Assembly (NCBI RefSeq): GCF_009914755.1 | Contig: NC_060926.1 | Direction: 5' to 3' (one strand) | Source of the DNA: the human T2T-CHM13v2.0 reference genome, Homo sapiens | Length of the DNA: 64,000 bases | Shown: one piece after another, positions 61,581-64,000 of the stretch | Layout: the number at the start of each line of letters is the position of its first letter | Position numbering within the stretch: the first letter of the stretch is position 1 | Translations under genes and position numbers: made by a program | The notes under the pieces: model-generated | The model's database searches: none | The model's input: only the letters and a program-made list of their open reading frames with translations | What the model was told of the DNA's origin: nothing

Positions 61581-63103
61581 TTATGTACTCTAATGGGATC
61601 CTAACTTATACAGCTAATAACATATTAGGGTAATATGGCTTTAGCCGTGACAGCCCTCCTAAGCCTTGAGATGGGCATCTTATAAGTCAAATACTATTAA
61701 CATTACAGGACACATAGGACTAAAGATCCCTCTAAGAAAATTTTAGATACTTATGCTTGAAGAGTAGTAGTACATACTGAATAGGAAAAAAAAAGCCCAA
61801 TTTTTAAATAAATTGTATTATATTATTTTTTTTCAAAAGGAGAATCTCAACTTCCCTTTGTATACATTGCTTTTAATTTAGAATAATTAAAGGGTTATGA
61901 ATGTAGAAATAGGCAAGTACAGATTGGAGAAGAGACAAATGTATTAGTCAATATCACAATATTGTAAACTGTAGAGATCTTTATTTAAAATAAAGGGGGT
62001 CAGCTTTTTTCTTGTTTTAAAGACAACCTGAAATAGCTTTTTATGTAATGTAACATGATTACTGATGACTTATTTCTTAAGTTAATAGGAATGCACTCTC
62101 CTGGCAGCTTCAAATTGCTGTCATATACAAATGTTTTTAGCTCTTTCCTTTCATGCCATTATGTTTATGCACCTTCAGCAGACTGTGGTACTTTGTGCTT
62201 ATTTAGTTTTCTTAAGTGGCCCTTAATTAACAAATGGTTTGACATTTCTTCTGTAAAGTGAGATTTAAGCCAATATTTTTAATGAATTTATGCTTGAAAA
62301 TAGCACTTCAGAGAGGAATATTGTAAAGCTGTTATTATTTAATACTATGATTGGTGATCTCTAAATAGACCTTTGATGTTACCAATGCATATTTTTATGA
62401 TCAGAAAGCATAGTATTAGAAAACTCTAAGAAGCAGAGTAATTGGAATAAAAAAAGATGAGATAATGTGATGTTCAAAAGAGATCCTGTCTTGCTCAAAA
62501 ACTGAATTAAAATGTTTTCTCTAAATAAATTAATACCAGCTATATTTGTAAGAAAGAGATTCATATAGTAAATAATTATTATATAGATCCTCCCTTTCTT
62601 GCTTCGAGAAAAATAAGCAAACTACTGCATAGAAAAAGTTTTTTAGATGAGACCATCTTTTTGCCCTGTCAGAATCTTTTATAGTAGTTATACCAATCTT
62701 TTATTACTCAGTAACAATAGGCTTCAGAAACAAATTAGTCCAATCTCCTGGTCCTTTAAACAGAGTGACTATTTATCTGAAATTTTAAGAATTGAAGCCT
62801 AGAAAACAGCTGATTTTTGGAATTGTGGGAACAAAATATCTGGATGGTGGGGTGAATATTTCGATTCAATCACAGATCTTAGGGACCTGAGTGCCATGGA
62901 TACTGGAGTGAAATTCAGAGATAAGGATGTGTTCAGTATTTTTCTTTCTATATTCAAGGTAAGCAAGCAATAAACAAATAAACAATGACAACCAGTACAC
63001 CATACAGTAATTCATCATCAATGAAGAACTGCAATGTTCACATGAGATTTATTTATTACACTAGTAAACCTGGTGACTAGCATTTAGGGTTATTATTTTA
63101 ATA

Positions 63104-63131
63104 GATTAATTAATTAATTAATTAATTAATC
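63104..63131. repeat. (ATTA)n tract forming a 28-bp perfect palindrome
   Basis: gattaattaattaattaattaattaatc is its own reverse complement. Confidence 0.95.
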
Positions 63132-64000
63132 ATTCCTTTAGTCAAAGTGTAGCAGTACCTCCCCTTTACCAGCAAACAAGTATTCATTTAGTTTGCTTTG
63201 TACTCTTTCTTCAAAAAGTCATCAAATAAAACATACAAAGTCCTTTACATTTGAAGATAGAGATGTAAACTTTATATAAAGTTTTATTACTATGATCATC
63301 AGGTTTTCTACAGATTTATGTGTCTGTGGTCTTGCTCACATTCTTAGTCTATCTGCATCCTAATTGGGTTCATATTATGCTCTACAGTAGGTATAACTAA
63401 AAGGGATGAGATTTGTTTTTAACTCAAGTAGTTGGGAAAAAAATGTCCTTGGTTTTTTTAACATTTCAAAATTTTACTGCTAAGTAACTTTTATAGTTGA
63501 CATTAATTAAGTCTTTTCCCCATTTTTTTCTGACTCATCAAAGACAATGCAGGTTTTGGCATGCTTCTCACTAGTGGTGATTTGTGTAGTCATTTATATA
63601 TGTACCTAAAGATTTTTTTGTACCTGTCTGAATTTTATGATTCAGAGTGTCCTTGAAGATGGTTCCTTAATTAAATAATGCTAATTTATGATTTTATAAC
63701 TTTAACTTATCCATAACTTTATCTACCATTTATTATGTACATATTTCATATGGTTAACTATTATAAAATGAAATAACAAAAGTCTTCGCAAACACATAGC
63801 TCCAGGTCTTTTCCTGAAAATTTTACCATTTGACAGTGTTTCCACAGCATTAAAAATCAGTTCACCATTTGCTGAACTATGTAACAGGAGACTACATTCA
63901 ACTAGGTACCCTTAAATGTACTTTCCACACCTACGTTACATGAAAGAGGAGAACTGCTATGCATCATTACTATGCTTATTATCTTTTCAAATCATTAGTC

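Overview
Human (primate) genomic DNA, AT-rich and LINE-dense. Human origin is inferred from an AluYb8-type insertion. I see no host protein-coding gene, RNA gene or CRISPR array. Every long ORF in the track is LINE-1 ORF1/ORF2 or lies in an Alu/LTR. Most of the window is layered mobile elements: L1PB, L1MA, older L1M, L1PA3/4, Alu J/S/Y/Yb8, FLAM, MER11 and LTR9 solo LTRs, MST/MLT1 MaLRs, Tigger1, MER6, L2 and MIR. I did not find a convincing previously undescribed biological system. The strongest signals are: (1) a full-length L1PA3/PA2 retrotransposed from a spliced RNA, with an exact SD97/SA622 5'UTR junction (a SpIRE); (2) a cryptic ~1 kb inversion at ~48.57-49.61 kb, reconstructed from a split MaLR LTR, its TSD and a split L1; (3) a 5'-truncated AluYb8 with no clear TSD and an apparent target-site deletion; (4) a twin-primed 5'-inverted L1PA3 that creates a 521-codon chimeric ORF; (5) a triple fold-back palindrome in an L1MA 3'UTR; (6) a ~155 bp self-copy inside the L1PB ORF2; (7) a (TTTAGG)8 array born inside a ~404 bp repeat unit. 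Subfamily names come from recalled consensus sequences, not a RepeatMasker run. Boundaries without a TSD are approximate.
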